A stretch of DNA of 64,000 nucleotides from Candidatus Latescibacterota bacterium (GTDB lineage Bacteria; Latescibacterota; UBA2968; UBA8231): contig OZ242214.1 in NCBI GenBank assembly GCA_965206595.1, positions 3,552,001 through 3,616,000 on the forward strand, written 5' to 3'. The translations under genes and the position numbers were made by a program. The notes beneath the pieces were generated by a model. The model was given only the letters and a program-made list of their open reading frames with translations, searched no databases and was not told the origin of the DNA. Of this stretch, positions 27,586 to 40,077 are shown piece after piece; position 1 is the first letter of the stretch, and each line of letters starts with the position of its first letter.

Positions 27586-29908
27586 CTATCGCACCTCATC
27601 CTCGCGGATACTGATGGTTCGGTCGATCTCCGGATTGTCGAGCCGGGTCGTCCGACCCGACGGCCAGCGCACCTCGAGCCGGGAGACCGCTTCCGCAGAA
27701 CCAAGGCCGAACTCCAGCGGCAGGCTGTTGGTGGTGCCGAAACCGCCGCCGCTGGCCACTTCCTCGAGCAGCTGCCGCCCGCCGGCATGGACCGTCACCT
27801 GGGCCCCTATGGCGCTGCGATTCGACCGCGATCCCTCCAGCTCGACAGCGAGCCAGTGCGATCCCCGTCCCTCGTTGCGGTAGAGGCTGTTGGGCCACAG
27901 GTCGCCCGGGTAGTGCCCGCCGATGGCGGCGTAGAGGTCGAGATCGCCGTCGCCGTCGTAGTCGGCGAACGTCGCCCCGTGGCCCTTGCCCAGATTGCCG
28001 ACCCCGGCCGCTTCGGTGACGTCGGCAAAGCGCTCCCCGCGGTTGTGGTAGAGTATGTTGGGCTCGAACCGCGGCATGACCGGGCCTCCGTTGGCCAGGT
28101 ACAGGTCGACGAGGCCGTCATAGTCGATGTCGCCGATGCCGGCCCCCATCGTGCCGAAGTTCCTGGAGATCCCGGCGCCGAGGGCTACGTCGGCGAACCG
28201 GTCCCCGCCGAGGTTCCGGTAGAGGTGGACGCGGTTGCGGCTCACGGCCCGTCCGGCGACCTGCGACTCGACGAACTGCTCGTAGTAGCACATGGCGGAG
28301 ACGAACAGATCGACGGCGCCGTCGCGGTCGAAGTCGGCGAAGAAGGCGACGTAGCCCCCCTCCTCCGGCTCGGCCACCCCGGCGCTCGCGGTGACGTCGG
28401 TGAAGTGCGATCCCGATTCGTTGCGGTAGAGGGTGTTCGGCCCGGCGACGTCGGCGACGTACAGGTCGACGTCCCCGTCGCGGTCGTAGTCGCCGAACGC
28501 CACCCCGAGCGACTTGCCCGGGTGCGCGACCCCGTAGAGGTCCGCCCTGTCCTCGAAGCGGCCGCCGCGGTTGACGAAGAGCTTGTTCGGGGTGCCGCCG
28601 CCGGTGATCCCCTCGGCGACGTACAGATCGACCCGGCCGTCGTTGTCGACGTCCCCCCAGGCCGCGGTGAAGCTGTCGTCCGGGTCGCCGACCCCGGCCT
28701 CGTCGCTGACCTCGCCGAAACGGAGGCTCCCGAGGTTGCGGTAGAGGGAGTTCGGGGCCTTCCCCTCCCAGGCGTCGCGGGTCGCGTAGAGGTCGAGGTC
28801 GCCGTCGTTGTCGTAGTCGACCGCGGTGGCGCTCCAGCCGCCGCGCGGATCGCCGAGGCCGGCTGCCGCGGTGACATCGGTGAACTGCGCCCCCGACTCG
28901 TTGCGGTAGAGGGAATGGGGAACCTGGATGCCGGTGCTGAACAGGTCGAGGTCGCCGTCGCCGTCGAAATCCCCCCAGGCGTTGCCGCGGCCGCGGTCGC
29001 GCTTCGCGACGCCGAGCGCTTCGGCGACGTCCCGGAAAGCGACCGGGCTATCCTCGCCAAGATCCGCAACCGTGAGCTGATAATCCGCCGGAAGATCGCC
29101 GGGGTAGTCCCCGTGAAGGCCGAGGTACGCCAGGCGCAGGTTCCACTTCATGCGCTGCGGTTCGCGCGCTCCCTTCGGGGTCGAGTCGAGGGCTTTGCGG
29201 TAGGCTGCGATCGCCGCTTCATACTCGCCCAGCCAGTGATGGGCGGTTCCCAGCAGGAAGGCGAGATGCGTTTTCCCCGGGCTCACCGCGAGCAGCCCGC
29301 TCATCTCGGCCGCGGCCCGCTCGAAAACACCGAGGCGCAGCCGCGACGCCGCGGCGCCGGCGCGGGCCCGGGGGTCGCCGGGGTTGTTACGCAGCACCGC
29401 CTCGTACTGCTCGAGCGCGCCTTGCGGGTCGGGAGGGGCCCGCGTCATCAGCAGGTCGGCGAGCATCATCCGCGGGCGGCCGCGGTCCGGAAAATCTCCG
29501 ACAAGGGCCGCCAGCACCTCGCGCGCTTGCGGACGGCGATCGAGCACCACCAGCCACCCGGGCCTGCTGCATGCGCGCCTCAGGCCGGCCGGGGTCGTGT
29601 CCGACGGCCCGCTCGAGCTGGTGCAGGGCCTCGGGCAGTTTTCTCTGGCGCATCAGGATCTCGCCGAGGCCGAGACGCGCCTCGTAGTGCGCCGTGTCTG
29701 CGCGCAGAACCTGCCGCAGGACCACGGCTCCGGAGTCCAGCTCCCCCCGGTGGATGATCTCCAGCGCCGCCTGAAACCGAGCCCCGGCGTGCCGGCCTTC
29801 CCCCGCGGCCGGCGGATCCTCCGGGACGCCTGCGCAACCGCAGATCGCCGTGGCGAGCGCCGCTGTCACCAGGCCACGCAGAGGCTCAAGCCATTTCGCC
29901 CAGTTCAT
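27586..29908 (-). CDS. TPR + CRTAC1/ASPIC-UnbV FG-GAP lipoprotein; one +1 frameshift near 29555
   Basis: N-terminal part (MNWAKW...ICGC lipobox, TPR helices) joins ORF 27586-29550 if one G is removed (..QQARV/LVVLDRRPQAREVL). Many DxDxDG repeats and an ASPIC tail. Confidence 0.8.
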
Positions 29909-30128
29909 CCTCGCCCTCTCGATATCCGTCGGAAAGCCCTCAAGGTAAGGAATCGAAGCCGCCATTCCGCGCCGCTTCCAGCCAGCGGGGTGCTCGAGCT
30001 GCTCGGGCTCGACCCGGCTTTGCAGCGGCGCCGGAGAAGCTGCTAGTGCCCGGCCGGGCGGAGTCCAGGGCGCCCTCCGCGGAATGACTTGCCGGGGTCC
30101 GGGAGCCGGACCGGTTTCCGGGGACAGC

Positions 30129-32483
30129 TCACATTTCGGACGCGAAGGCCGCAAGGCGGCTCAACAGCACCGCAAGCGCGACCTCTTCGGCGGCGCGGCC
30201 CTCGTCCCCCGGGGGACTCGACCCGCCTCTCGTGAACGCCTCCAACGCCTGCAGCACCGCGAGGAAATCGCCGCGCACCTCTCTGGCTTCGAGGTTCTCG
30301 AGCGGGGCGCTCCCCCGCACCAGGCGGGCGATGACGGCGACGGTCCCCATCAGTCCCCCGGTGTCCGCCTCGTCGTACTGCGCCAGCGCCGTCGAGAAAT
30401 TCCCCTCGAGCTCATGGCTGATCTCCCGGGCCAGGGGAGCGCGGCTCAACGACGCCCCGGCGCGGCTGATCAGGCGCTTGACGACGGCGATGCGGCGGTG
30501 CTCGTCATAGGAGATGAGCTTGTAGAACTGGCCGCGCGCCCCGAGGCCGTTGGCGACGGCGTTGAGCAGCTGCAGTCGGATCGCCGGGGAGCGAAACCGG
30601 TCCAGCCGGCGCAGGGCCGGGACGACTATGCGGCGGTCCCCCATGCCCCCGAGGACGTCGACCAGGGTGGGAAAGGTCAGCGGCTCGAAGTCGTTGGTCA
30701 GGTGCCAGAACAGCAGCTCCTGCACCTCTTCCCCCTTGATCCCGGCCAGGGCGCGGATGGCGCTGATGCGGACCCTGGGGTCGTCGTCGTCGAGGGAGGC
30801 GATCAGCGACTCCAGGCCATCCGGAGAGCCGAGCCGGCCGAGGGCCTCGGCCGCTTCGCCGCGGATGTCGGATGAGCGGTCGCCCAGCTCCCCGACGAGA
30901 TACCCCACGGCGTCGCGAGACCCGCTTTCCCCGAGAGCGTGGGCGGCCTCGCGGCGCACCTCCGCGCTGGCGTCGTGCATGGCCTGCGCCAGCTGCTCGA
31001 CCGCCAGCGGGCTGTGCGACCTGCCGAGCGCCAGGGCGGCGCGCGCGCGCCGGCTTTCGCTGGCCGACAGGCGGTAGACGGCGTTGCTGAAGAAGTAGCG
31101 CAGCAGGTTGCCCGTCGACATCTGCCGCAGCAGCGAGCGCGAGCTGATCACGGAGCGGTCGCGCACCCTGGACAGAAGCAGGAGCGGCGCGATGCCGGCG
31201 ACGGCGCTGGCGGCGAAGATGAGGTGCAGCGGTCCGGCGGTCGCCCCCGGCAGTTGCAGCTCCACCCCGTCGAGACTGCGGCTCATGTAGCTGCCGAGGA
31301 GCGGCCCCAGCCCGTAGATCAAGCTGACCGAGGCCGACCAGACCGCGAGGTATATCGGCTTCTTCGGACCCTGGGGGAGCAGGTCGAACATCAACGGCGT
31401 TATGCCGGTGCTCACACCGGCACCGAGGAACCCGCCGATGGTCAGGGCCAGCGGGATGAGCCAGTAGCTGTCGGCGTCGGCGAAGACCCATAACAACGGC
31501 ACCGCGGCGTACGGTCCGAGCAGCAGCTGCATGACCGGCTTGCCTCCGAAGCGGTCGATCAGCCCGGCCCAGATGCGGTAACCGGAAATCGAGGCGACCA
31601 TATTGACCGCGGTAAAGATGGATATGGCCGTGTAGGAAAGGCCCAGATGCGTGAGCATGTAGACGCTGTAGAAAGGCGCCGCCAGGCCGAGGGCGAACTG
31701 CGAGGAGCCGAAGAACAGGATGGCCCGCCTGAAGTTGCCGTCCCTCAGCGGCTCGGCGATCATCCGCAGCTGCATCCGCTCCGAGGTCTCTCCGCCCTGG
31801 CGCGGGTACGAGGCCGCTCCCAGGGCCCGGTTGCTCAACCATCCGAGCAGGATGCTGGCGGCGAAAACGGAGGCGAAGCCGACCTGCTTGCCGTCTTCGT
31901 CGAAGGCGTCGAGGAAGGCTCCGACGGCGATGCCGGAGACCATGGCCGCGACCGTGGCGACGATGGTCGCGCGGCTGGTGAAGCGGGCGCGGATAGCGCG
32001 CGGAATGATGTTCGATTGCCAGCTGCCGATGTAGGGGGAGCTGAGCTGGACGAGCAGCAGGCTGGCGCTCAGCAGGACGACGAGGAGGGGGAAGCGGTAT
32101 TCCTCGGGGACGGCGAACGGGATGACGAGGATGCTGCCGCGAAGCAGCATCGCCCCCATGCGGCTGTTGAGGATGAAGCGCTTCTCTTCCCGGAAACGGG
32201 CGCCGATGAGAGGCGCGGCGAGCTGCGCCAGCGCCATCACAGAGATGATCGACGACAGCAGGGCTACGGACGCGGCATCGGCCCCCAGCCACAGGGCGTA
32301 GCCGGTCATGACCGCGGTGCTCAGGCCGGCGAACTGGCTCCAGGCACCCCAAAGACCCTGGTGAAGGGTGAAGGCGCGCATGCTGCGCACCACCTCGCCT
32401 CGGGAAGAAGCGGGGGGCGAGACCGCGGCCCTGTCAGCAGCACCGCCGGCGGCCGCCCCCGCAGATGCTGCGCTCTCCTCCAT
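30129..32483 (-). CDS. MFS transporter fused to C-terminal HEAT/PBS-lyase repeats
   Basis: About 12 TM segments with LIDRFGGKP, then repeats such as VRREAAHALGE, IRGEAAEALGRL and VRISAIRALAGI. Confidence 0.82.
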   Translation of the reverse strand: MEESAASAGAAAGGAADRAAVSPPASSRGEVVRSMRAFTLHQGLWGAWSQFAGLSTAVMTGYALWLGADAASVALLSSIISVMALAQLAAPLIGARFREEKRFILNSRMGAMLLRGSILVIPFAVPEEYRFPLLVVLLSASLLLVQLSSPYIGSWQSNIIPRAIRARFTSRATIVATVAAMVSGIAVGAFLDAFDEDGKQVGFASVFAASILLGWLSNRALGAASYPRQGGETSERMQLRMIAEPLRDGNFRRAILFFGSSQFALGLAAPFYSVYMLTHLGLSYTAISIFTAVNMVASISGYRIWAGLIDRFGGKPVMQLLLGPYAAVPLLWVFADADSYWLIPLALTIGGFLGAGVSTGITPLMFDLLPQGPKKPIYLAVWSASVSLIYGLGPLLGSYMSRSLDGVELQLPGATAGPLHLIFAASAVAGIAPLLLLSRVRDRSVISSRSLLRQMSTGNLLRYFFSNAVYRLSASESRRARAALALGRSHSPLAVEQLAQAMHDASAEVRREAAHALGESGSRDAVGYLVGELGDRSSDIRGEAAEALGRLGSPDGLESLIASLDDDDPRVRISAIRALAGIKGEEVQELLFWHLTNDFEPLTFPTLVDVLGGMGDRRIVVPALRRLDRFRSPAIRLQLLNAVANGLGARGQFYKLISYDEHRRIAVVKRLISRAGASLSRAPLAREISHELEGNFSTALAQYDEADTGGLMGTVAVIARLVRGSAPLENLEAREVRGDFLAVLQALEAFTRGGSSPPGDEGRAAEEVALAVLLSRLAAFASEM

Positions 32484-32526
32484 GGTGTCGGCGGTCGGCC
32501 GCCCTCCCGAGAGGGCGGCCGAGAGG

Positions 32527-33384
32527 TCAGAAGACTTCGCTCTCCTCGCTCAAGCTGAGCAGGGGTTCGTAGAGCTCGGGGCTGCGCAGCTTGCCGAGGG
32601 CGCGCTCCTTGAGCTGGCGGACGCGCTCCCGGGTCAGCCCCATCAGACGGCCGATCTGCTCGAGGGTCAGCGGATCTTCGCCGTTGAGTCCGAAGTAGTT
32701 CATGATGATGTACTGCTCGCGGTCGTCGAGGTGCAGCAGCGCCCTGTCGACCTGGACCTTTGCCGACTCGTCGAGCAAGCCCTCGTCCGGGGCCTGCTGG
32801 CCCTCGTCCGGCAGGACGTTCATCAGGGTGCGCTCGTCGTCGTCGAAGGTCTCGTCGAGAGAGCGTGGCTGGCGGGCGCTGAGGATGGCGTCGAGCACCT
32901 CTTCGGGGGCGACCTCCAGCTCCTCGGCGATCTGCTCGAACTTCTGCTCCCCCTCCCCTTCGAGGCCCAGCTTGCGCGAGACCTTGGAGATGTCCTTGAG
33001 CAGGCTCAGCTTGTTCAGGGGCAGCCGCACGGTGCGCGCCTCGTCGGCGATGGTCTGCAGGATCGACTGGCGAATCCACCAGACGGCGTAAGAGATGAAC
33101 TTGAAGCCCTTGGTACCGTCGAAGCGGTCGGCTGCCGTCATCAGGCCGACGTTGCCGGCGCTGATCAGCTCGGGAAGCGACATGCCGCGGTTCTGGTAGT
33201 TCTTGGCGACGTCGACGACGAAGCGCAGGTTGGCCTGCACCAGCTCCTCGCGCGCCTCCATGTCCCCGAGCTTGATGCGGGCGGCGAGAGCGACCTCCTG
33301 CTCTCGGGCAAGCGGTCGCGAATCTGCGATATCGTCGAAATACTGCCGCAGGGCGGATTCGTCATCTTTGGTCAGAAGTCGCAT
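32527..33384 (-). CDS. RNA polymerase sigma-70 factor, short RpoD/RpoS-like (no region 1.1)
   Basis: ANLRFVVDVAKNY, GNVGLMTAADRFD, FISYAVWWIRQSI, TLEQIG...TRERVRQLKERAL. Confidence 0.95.
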   Translation of the reverse strand: MRLLTKDDESALRQYFDDIADSRPLAREQEVALAARIKLGDMEAREELVQANLRFVVDVAKNYQNRGMSLPELISAGNVGLMTAADRFDGTKGFKFISYAVWWIRQSILQTIADEARTVRLPLNKLSLLKDISKVSRKLGLEGEGEQKFEQIAEELEVAPEEVLDAILSARQPRSLDETFDDDERTLMNVLPDEGQQAPDEGLLDESAKVQVDRALLHLDDREQYIIMNYFGLNGEDPLTLEQIGRLMGLTRERVRQLKERALGKLRSPELYEPLLSLSEESEVF

Positions 33385-33620
33385 GGCATCCTTTCAATTC
33401 AAAAGCTGCGCAATTCTTGCAGGGAAAACCTGGCAGTTCGCTTCGGGGTTTCCCTAACAACGTGATTTTAATGTTCTTACAGTCAATTTCCCGACGGTGG
33501 AGAATGCAGAATTTGCGCTATTCCGCGGATCGTCTTTTTCCTCTTCGCCCCGCAGGACCGGACTGGCTGACCCGCGAAAGAGGGAAGAGGAGCGACCCTA
33601 TTTCTCCGGCACCCGACAGC

Positions 33621-33638
33621 TATGCAAATGCGGTGCCA
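33621..33638 (-). promoter_or_regulatory. Sigma-54 (-24/-12) promoter upstream of the sigma-70 gene
   Basis: Minus strand reads TGGCAC-CGCAT-TTGCAT, a perfect TGGCAC-N5-TTGC match. Confidence 0.75.
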
Positions 33639-33656
33639 GCTGTTGGGTCACCGATG

Positions 33657-33669
33657 TAACCTATTGAAA
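33657..33669 (-). promoter_or_regulatory. IHF-like site upstream of the sigma-54 promoter
   Basis: Minus strand TTTCAATAGGTTA matches WATCAANNNNTTR with one mismatch, at the expected position. Confidence 0.5.
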
Positions 33670-33823
33670 ACGAATGAATTGCAGTACCGGCAGCGACAGC
33701 GGAACCGGTCGCCGGTGCGGCAATCAATGCAACATTTGCACGATTTCCGCCGCAGCTGACGCACCGCGTGTCTGCACGGCACCCCTGCCGGCCGTCGCCG
33801 CGCAGGTAGTCGGGAGCTCCGGG

Positions 33824-34797
33824 TCAGGAAATGGCGACCCGGCGGCCCTCCCTCGCCGAGATCTCCCCCTGGAGGCTGATCCGCACCGCCTCCCAGGCGA
33901 GCTCGAGATCGGCCTTCCATGCGGACGGCTCACCTGCCACCTCGGTAATGAACCGGTTTTCGAGAGATGGGGCCTCGACGGCCGGGGGGTGAACCGTTTG
34001 CGAGCCCGCCCGGGACGACAGGGTCCACCCATCGTCTGCCGCGGCGAGGCGGCCGCCGGCGAGCAGCAACTGCCGCCTCTGCTCCGCCTGCGCGACCTCG
34101 ACCCCACCCGCCCAGGTCCAGACCGCGGTCCCTCCCGATTCGAACCCCGCCGTCAGGGTATTGACGAAGGACTGGTAGCGGCCCGAACCGCGGTCGAGGC
34201 CGGCGTACTGCGCGTGCGCCTGCACCCAGGCCGCCGGCCCGAAGAGGTCGACGAACGGGTACACGTGGTAGATGAAGAACAGCATCGGGTGCCCGGATAC
34301 CTGCAGGTTGAACAGCACTTCCGGGCGCGCCCCGCGGCCCGGAGTCACGCGCGTGAACTCCGCGAGCTGCAACGGGCCGAGGGCGGCAACCTGCCGGCGC
34401 AGCCATTCGTGTTCGCCCGATACCGCTTCGTCGTGGGCGACGCGAACGACGAGGCCCTTCTCACGCGCCGTCCGCACCACGCTCTCGGCTTCCTCGAGGC
34501 TGCGGGCCAACGGGTACTCGGTGAAGACCGGTTTGCCCGCCTCGAGAGCTGCCAGGGCGATGGCCCCGTGGCTGTCGTTGCTGGTGCAGATGACGACGGC
34601 GTCGACTTCGTCGCTTGCCACCAGCTCTCGCCAATCGCCGAGCAGGGGAACCCCGTACTGCCGCGCCAGCGGCGCCCCTGTCGCGGGATTTCGCGACGCC
34701 AGGGCGGTGACACGGCACTCCTCGAGCCCGGCGAAGGCGCGCAGGCGGTGGGCGGCCATGCCGCCGGAGCCGACGACGCCGGCGCGCAGGGACCGCT

Positions 34798-34801
<4 letters not shown>
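33824..34801 (-). CDS. Gfo/Idh/MocA family oxidoreductase
   Basis: RAGVVGSGGMA, VDAVVICT..H, AGKPVFTEYPLA. Confidence 0.88.
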
Positions 34802-36696
<1,895 letters not shown>

Positions 36697-36801
36697 AGGG
36701 TATGGGGGGAAAGATAACCGGCGGCGCTTGTTGGCCTCAAACCCGGAACAGAAAGATCCTTTCTTGATGAGGCGCGCCGGCCTGGGCTTTATTTCCGCAT
36801 T

Positions 36802-37434
36802 ATGGCGGATGTGCTGCACATAGACCCGGACCACCTGAAAGGGCGCTGGCTGCGCCGTGCCGCGGAGGTGCTGCGCGGAGGCGGCGTCGTCATCTATCCG
36901 ACCGACACGATCTACGGGTTGGGATGCGACATCGAGGTCAAGAACGCCATCGAGCGCATCCGGCAGCTCAAGGGACGGGACGCGAAGAAACCGATGTCCT
37001 TCGTCTGCTCCGACCTGACCGCGATCAGCCGCTACGCCCGCGTCACCAACTTCTCCTACCGCATCCTGAAGCGCTTTCTCCCGGGGCCGTACACCTTCGT
37101 GCTCCCGGCGACCCGGGAGACGCCGCGCCTGCTGCGCAGCAGGCAGAAGACGGTCGGCATCCGCATCCCCGATCACCCGCTGACCCAGGGCCTGGTCAGG
37201 GAGCTCGGCAGTCCCATTCTCAGCACCAGCGCCAATCGCAGCGAGCAGGAGGTGCTCACCGACCCTGTGGACCTCGAAAGAGAATTCGGCTCCCGCGTCG
37301 ACCTGATCCTCGAATGCGGCGTGCTGCCGGTGCAGCCGAGCACCGTCGTCTCCCTGGTAGGGGACGAGGTCGAGGTACTGCGGGAAGGCCGGGGAGACGT
37401 CGAGTTCTTCAGACAGCAACAAGCGGGATCATGA
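36802..37434 (+). CDS. Sua5/YciO/YrdC family threonylcarbamoyl-AMP synthase
   Basis: YPTDTIYGLGC, LPGPYTFVL, VGIRIP, STSANRS. Confidence 0.92.
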   Translation: MADVLHIDPDHLKGRWLRRAAEVLRGGGVVIYPTDTIYGLGCDIEVKNAIERIRQLKGRDAKKPMSFVCSDLTAISRYARVTNFSYRILKRFLPGPYTFVLPATRETPRLLRSRQKTVGIRIPDHPLTQGLVRELGSPILSTSANRSEQEVLTDPVDLEREFGSRVDLILECGVLPVQPSTVVSLVGDEVEVLREGRGDVEFFRQQQAGS

Positions 37435-37548
37435 TTCCACCACCCCGCCCCGGGGCAGCCGCCGCACCTCACCGGCGGTTCCGGCCTTTCGAGAAGGAAT
37501 GCTTCTCATGCTTTCAGCCCCGCTCTCGCCCGGATTCTTTGCGGCGCG

Positions 37549-40068
37549 ATGATTCCCCCCGGCGGTCCCGTCGTGGCTGAGCCGGCGGAGTCCAACCGTA
37601 TCCGCAGTCGTGGCCACCTGTCGAGGGCGGCCGTCGCGGTGGTCCTGGCCTCGGCTTCGTCCGCAGGCGCAAACAGTTTCGACCCTGTCCAACCATTCGC
37701 ACCCTACGCCGAGCGCAGCGAGTTCATGCCCGCGGTCCCCGGGGCGCTTGGCGGGCTCTACGGTTTCGTCAATCCCGCGGTGCTCACCCACGTCCGCGGC
37801 CTGGAGTCGACCTTCGCCTGGTCGGACCGCGGCCGCGGGGGCGGCAACGAATGGGGAATGTTCACCGCCCTCCCCCGGATCGGTTTCGGCCTCCTGCGAC
37901 AGTCGCGAAGCGACCGGGGCGAGGCGGAAGTGGACGAGTACCGGCTCGCCTTCTCCGGCGGGGACCGCACCGTCAGTCTCGGGGTCGGTTTCGGCTGGGG
38001 AAGAGGCCCGCGCTCCCTGCGGCCGCAGAGCCTGTTCTCCTTCGGCTCCCTGTTGAGGCCTTCCCCCCACCTGTCTCTGGGCCTCACCTGGACCTCCGAT
38101 CTGCGGGCGCGGGCCCGCGAAGCCGCGATGGAGATGGCGGTGCGGCCGTTGGGATCCCCGCGGCTCACCCTCTTCGCCGACGCGGCGGTGGCCAACGACA
38201 GGGCCGGCGGCGACCGCTTCTGGAGCGCCGGGGCCGCCCTCGAGCTGTGGCACGGCCTCGCGGTCAGCACCCGCTACCGCAACGACCGCCTGGCGGCCAT
38301 CGGCCTGCGGTTCGGGCTCGGAGAGAGCGCCGTTCAGACCGGAAGCCTGGTCGATTTGCGCGGCGGCGGCGAAACCTCGCGCGGCCTGTACTCCGTCAGC
38401 CTCGCCGATTTCCAGGGGAACGGCTTATCCCCGGTGAAACGAGGACCCCCTCGCTACCTGCACCTGAAGCTCGACGGGCCGGTGAGGTACCGCCGCCACG
38501 CCCTGTTCGACCGCTCGCGCACGCTGCTCTCCCTGCTCTCCCTGATCGAGCGCGCCCGCACCGACCCCGGGATCCGCGGCGTCGCCATCAACCTCTCGGG
38601 GATCCGCATCGGCTACGAAAACAGCTGGGAGCTGCGGCAGCAGTTGCAGGCCCTGCGCGACGACGGCAAGCGAGTGGTGGTCTACATCGACCACGCCGGT
38701 CTGCGCCTCTACCACCTCGCCTCGGTCGCCGACCGCATCCTCCTCGACCCGTCCGGCCTTCTGATGCTCGAAGGCTTCGTCGCCGGCAGCACCTACCTCA
38801 AGGGAGCGCTCGACCGCATCGGCGTCGGCGTCGAGGAACTGCGCTACCGGGAGTACAAGTCCGCCCTGGAGACGCTGGTCCGCGACTCGATGTCCGATGA
38901 AGACAGGGAGCAGTGGCAGGCCTTCGTCGACGACGTGTACGCGCGCGCCCGCGCCGACATCGCCGCGGCTCGCGGCCTTGAAGAGCAGGAGGTCGACCGT
39001 CTCGTCGACGAGGTCACCCTGTTCCTGCCCGAGGACGCCCGGCGCCACGGCCTGGTCGACACCCTGGCGCGCTGGGATGCCGTCGATGCCGCCATCGAGT
39101 CCCTCGAGGGCCGGACCGTGGCCGCGGCCGGACCCGCCTCGGTTGCGCCGCGGCGCAACCGCTCCTGGGGGGAGCCTCCGCGCCTGGCGGTGCTCTACGC
39201 ACTCGGTGTCTGCGCCATGGATTCCGGCATCGGCGCCCGCCGGCTGGTCGCCGATATCGAGCGCGTCAGGGAAGACGGCCGCGTCAAGGCGGTGGTCCTG
39301 CGCGTCGACTCGCCCGGGGGCGAGGTGCTGGCCTCCGACCTGGTCGCCGACGCGGTGCGCCGCCTGAAGGAGGAGAAGCCGGTGATCGTCTCTCAGGGGG
39401 CGGTCGCGGCCTCGGGCGGGTACTGGATCTCGATGTACGCCGACAGCATCGTCGCCGCGCCGGTCACCCTGACCGGATCGATCGGGGTGATTTACGGGTG
39501 GTTCTACAACAGCGGACTCAAGGAGAAGCTCGGCCTGTCGACCGATCGCGTGCAGGCCGGGGCGCGCGCCGACCTGCCGTTCGGCATGGCGCTGCCCTTC
39601 CTGGGAACGCTGCCGGACCGCAACCTCCGGGACGACGAACGCGCCATCGTCTCCGCGGCAATGCGCGCCACCTACGACCGTTTCGTCGGGGAAGTCGCCG
39701 CCGCCCGCGGCCATTCGACCGAAGCGATCGATGCGGTCGCCAAAGGGCGCATCTGGTCGGGAACGCAGGCGGTGGAGGCGGGCCTGGTAGACGAACTGGG
39801 AGGCCTGATGACCGCCCTGCGGCTCGCCAGGGAGAGGGCCGGACTGAAGCCGGACCGGCCCGTCGTCATCGACGAGCACCCCCGGCTCGGGCTGATCGAT
39901 TGGGACCGGCTCGCCCCGAGGCTGATCGGCCAGAGGCTGCCGATCAGCGCCTACCGGAGCCTTGGGGAGCAGCTGCTCTTCCGCCTGGAGCACAGCGGCC
40001 AGCCGTTGCTGCTCGGAGCCGAGCGCACCACCTCTTGGTTCCTGCGGGAGGGACCGCTCGCGGAATGA
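37549..40068 (+). CDS. sppA: Signal peptide peptidase SppA (S49) with N-terminal beta-rich extension
   Basis: Tandem S49 domains: EYKSA, VLRVDSPGG, AASGGYWIS, TGSIGV, GRIWSG. Start uncertain. Confidence 0.88.
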   Translation: MIPPGGPVVAEPAESNRIRSRGHLSRAAVAVVLASASSAGANSFDPVQPFAPYAERSEFMPAVPGALGGLYGFVNPAVLTHVRGLESTFAWSDRGRGGGNEWGMFTALPRIGFGLLRQSRSDRGEAEVDEYRLAFSGGDRTVSLGVGFGWGRGPRSLRPQSLFSFGSLLRPSPHLSLGLTWTSDLRARAREAAMEMAVRPLGSPRLTLFADAAVANDRAGGDRFWSAGAALELWHGLAVSTRYRNDRLAAIGLRFGLGESAVQTGSLVDLRGGGETSRGLYSVSLADFQGNGLSPVKRGPPRYLHLKLDGPVRYRRHALFDRSRTLLSLLSLIERARTDPGIRGVAINLSGIRIGYENSWELRQQLQALRDDGKRVVVYIDHAGLRLYHLASVADRILLDPSGLLMLEGFVAGSTYLKGALDRIGVGVEELRYREYKSALETLVRDSMSDEDREQWQAFVDDVYARARADIAAARGLEEQEVDRLVDEVTLFLPEDARRHGLVDTLARWDAVDAAIESLEGRTVAAAGPASVAPRRNRSWGEPPRLAVLYALGVCAMDSGIGARRLVADIERVREDGRVKAVVLRVDSPGGEVLASDLVADAVRRLKEEKPVIVSQGAVAASGGYWISMYADSIVAAPVTLTGSIGVIYGWFYNSGLKEKLGLSTDRVQAGARADLPFGMALPFLGTLPDRNLRDDERAIVSAAMRATYDRFVGEVAAARGHSTEAIDAVAKGRIWSGTQAVEAGLVDELGGLMTALRLARERAGLKPDRPVVIDEHPRLGLIDWDRLAPRLIGQRLPISAYRSLGEQLLFRLEHSGQPLLLGAERTTSWFLREGPLAE

Positions 40069-40077
40069 GGGGGCCGC

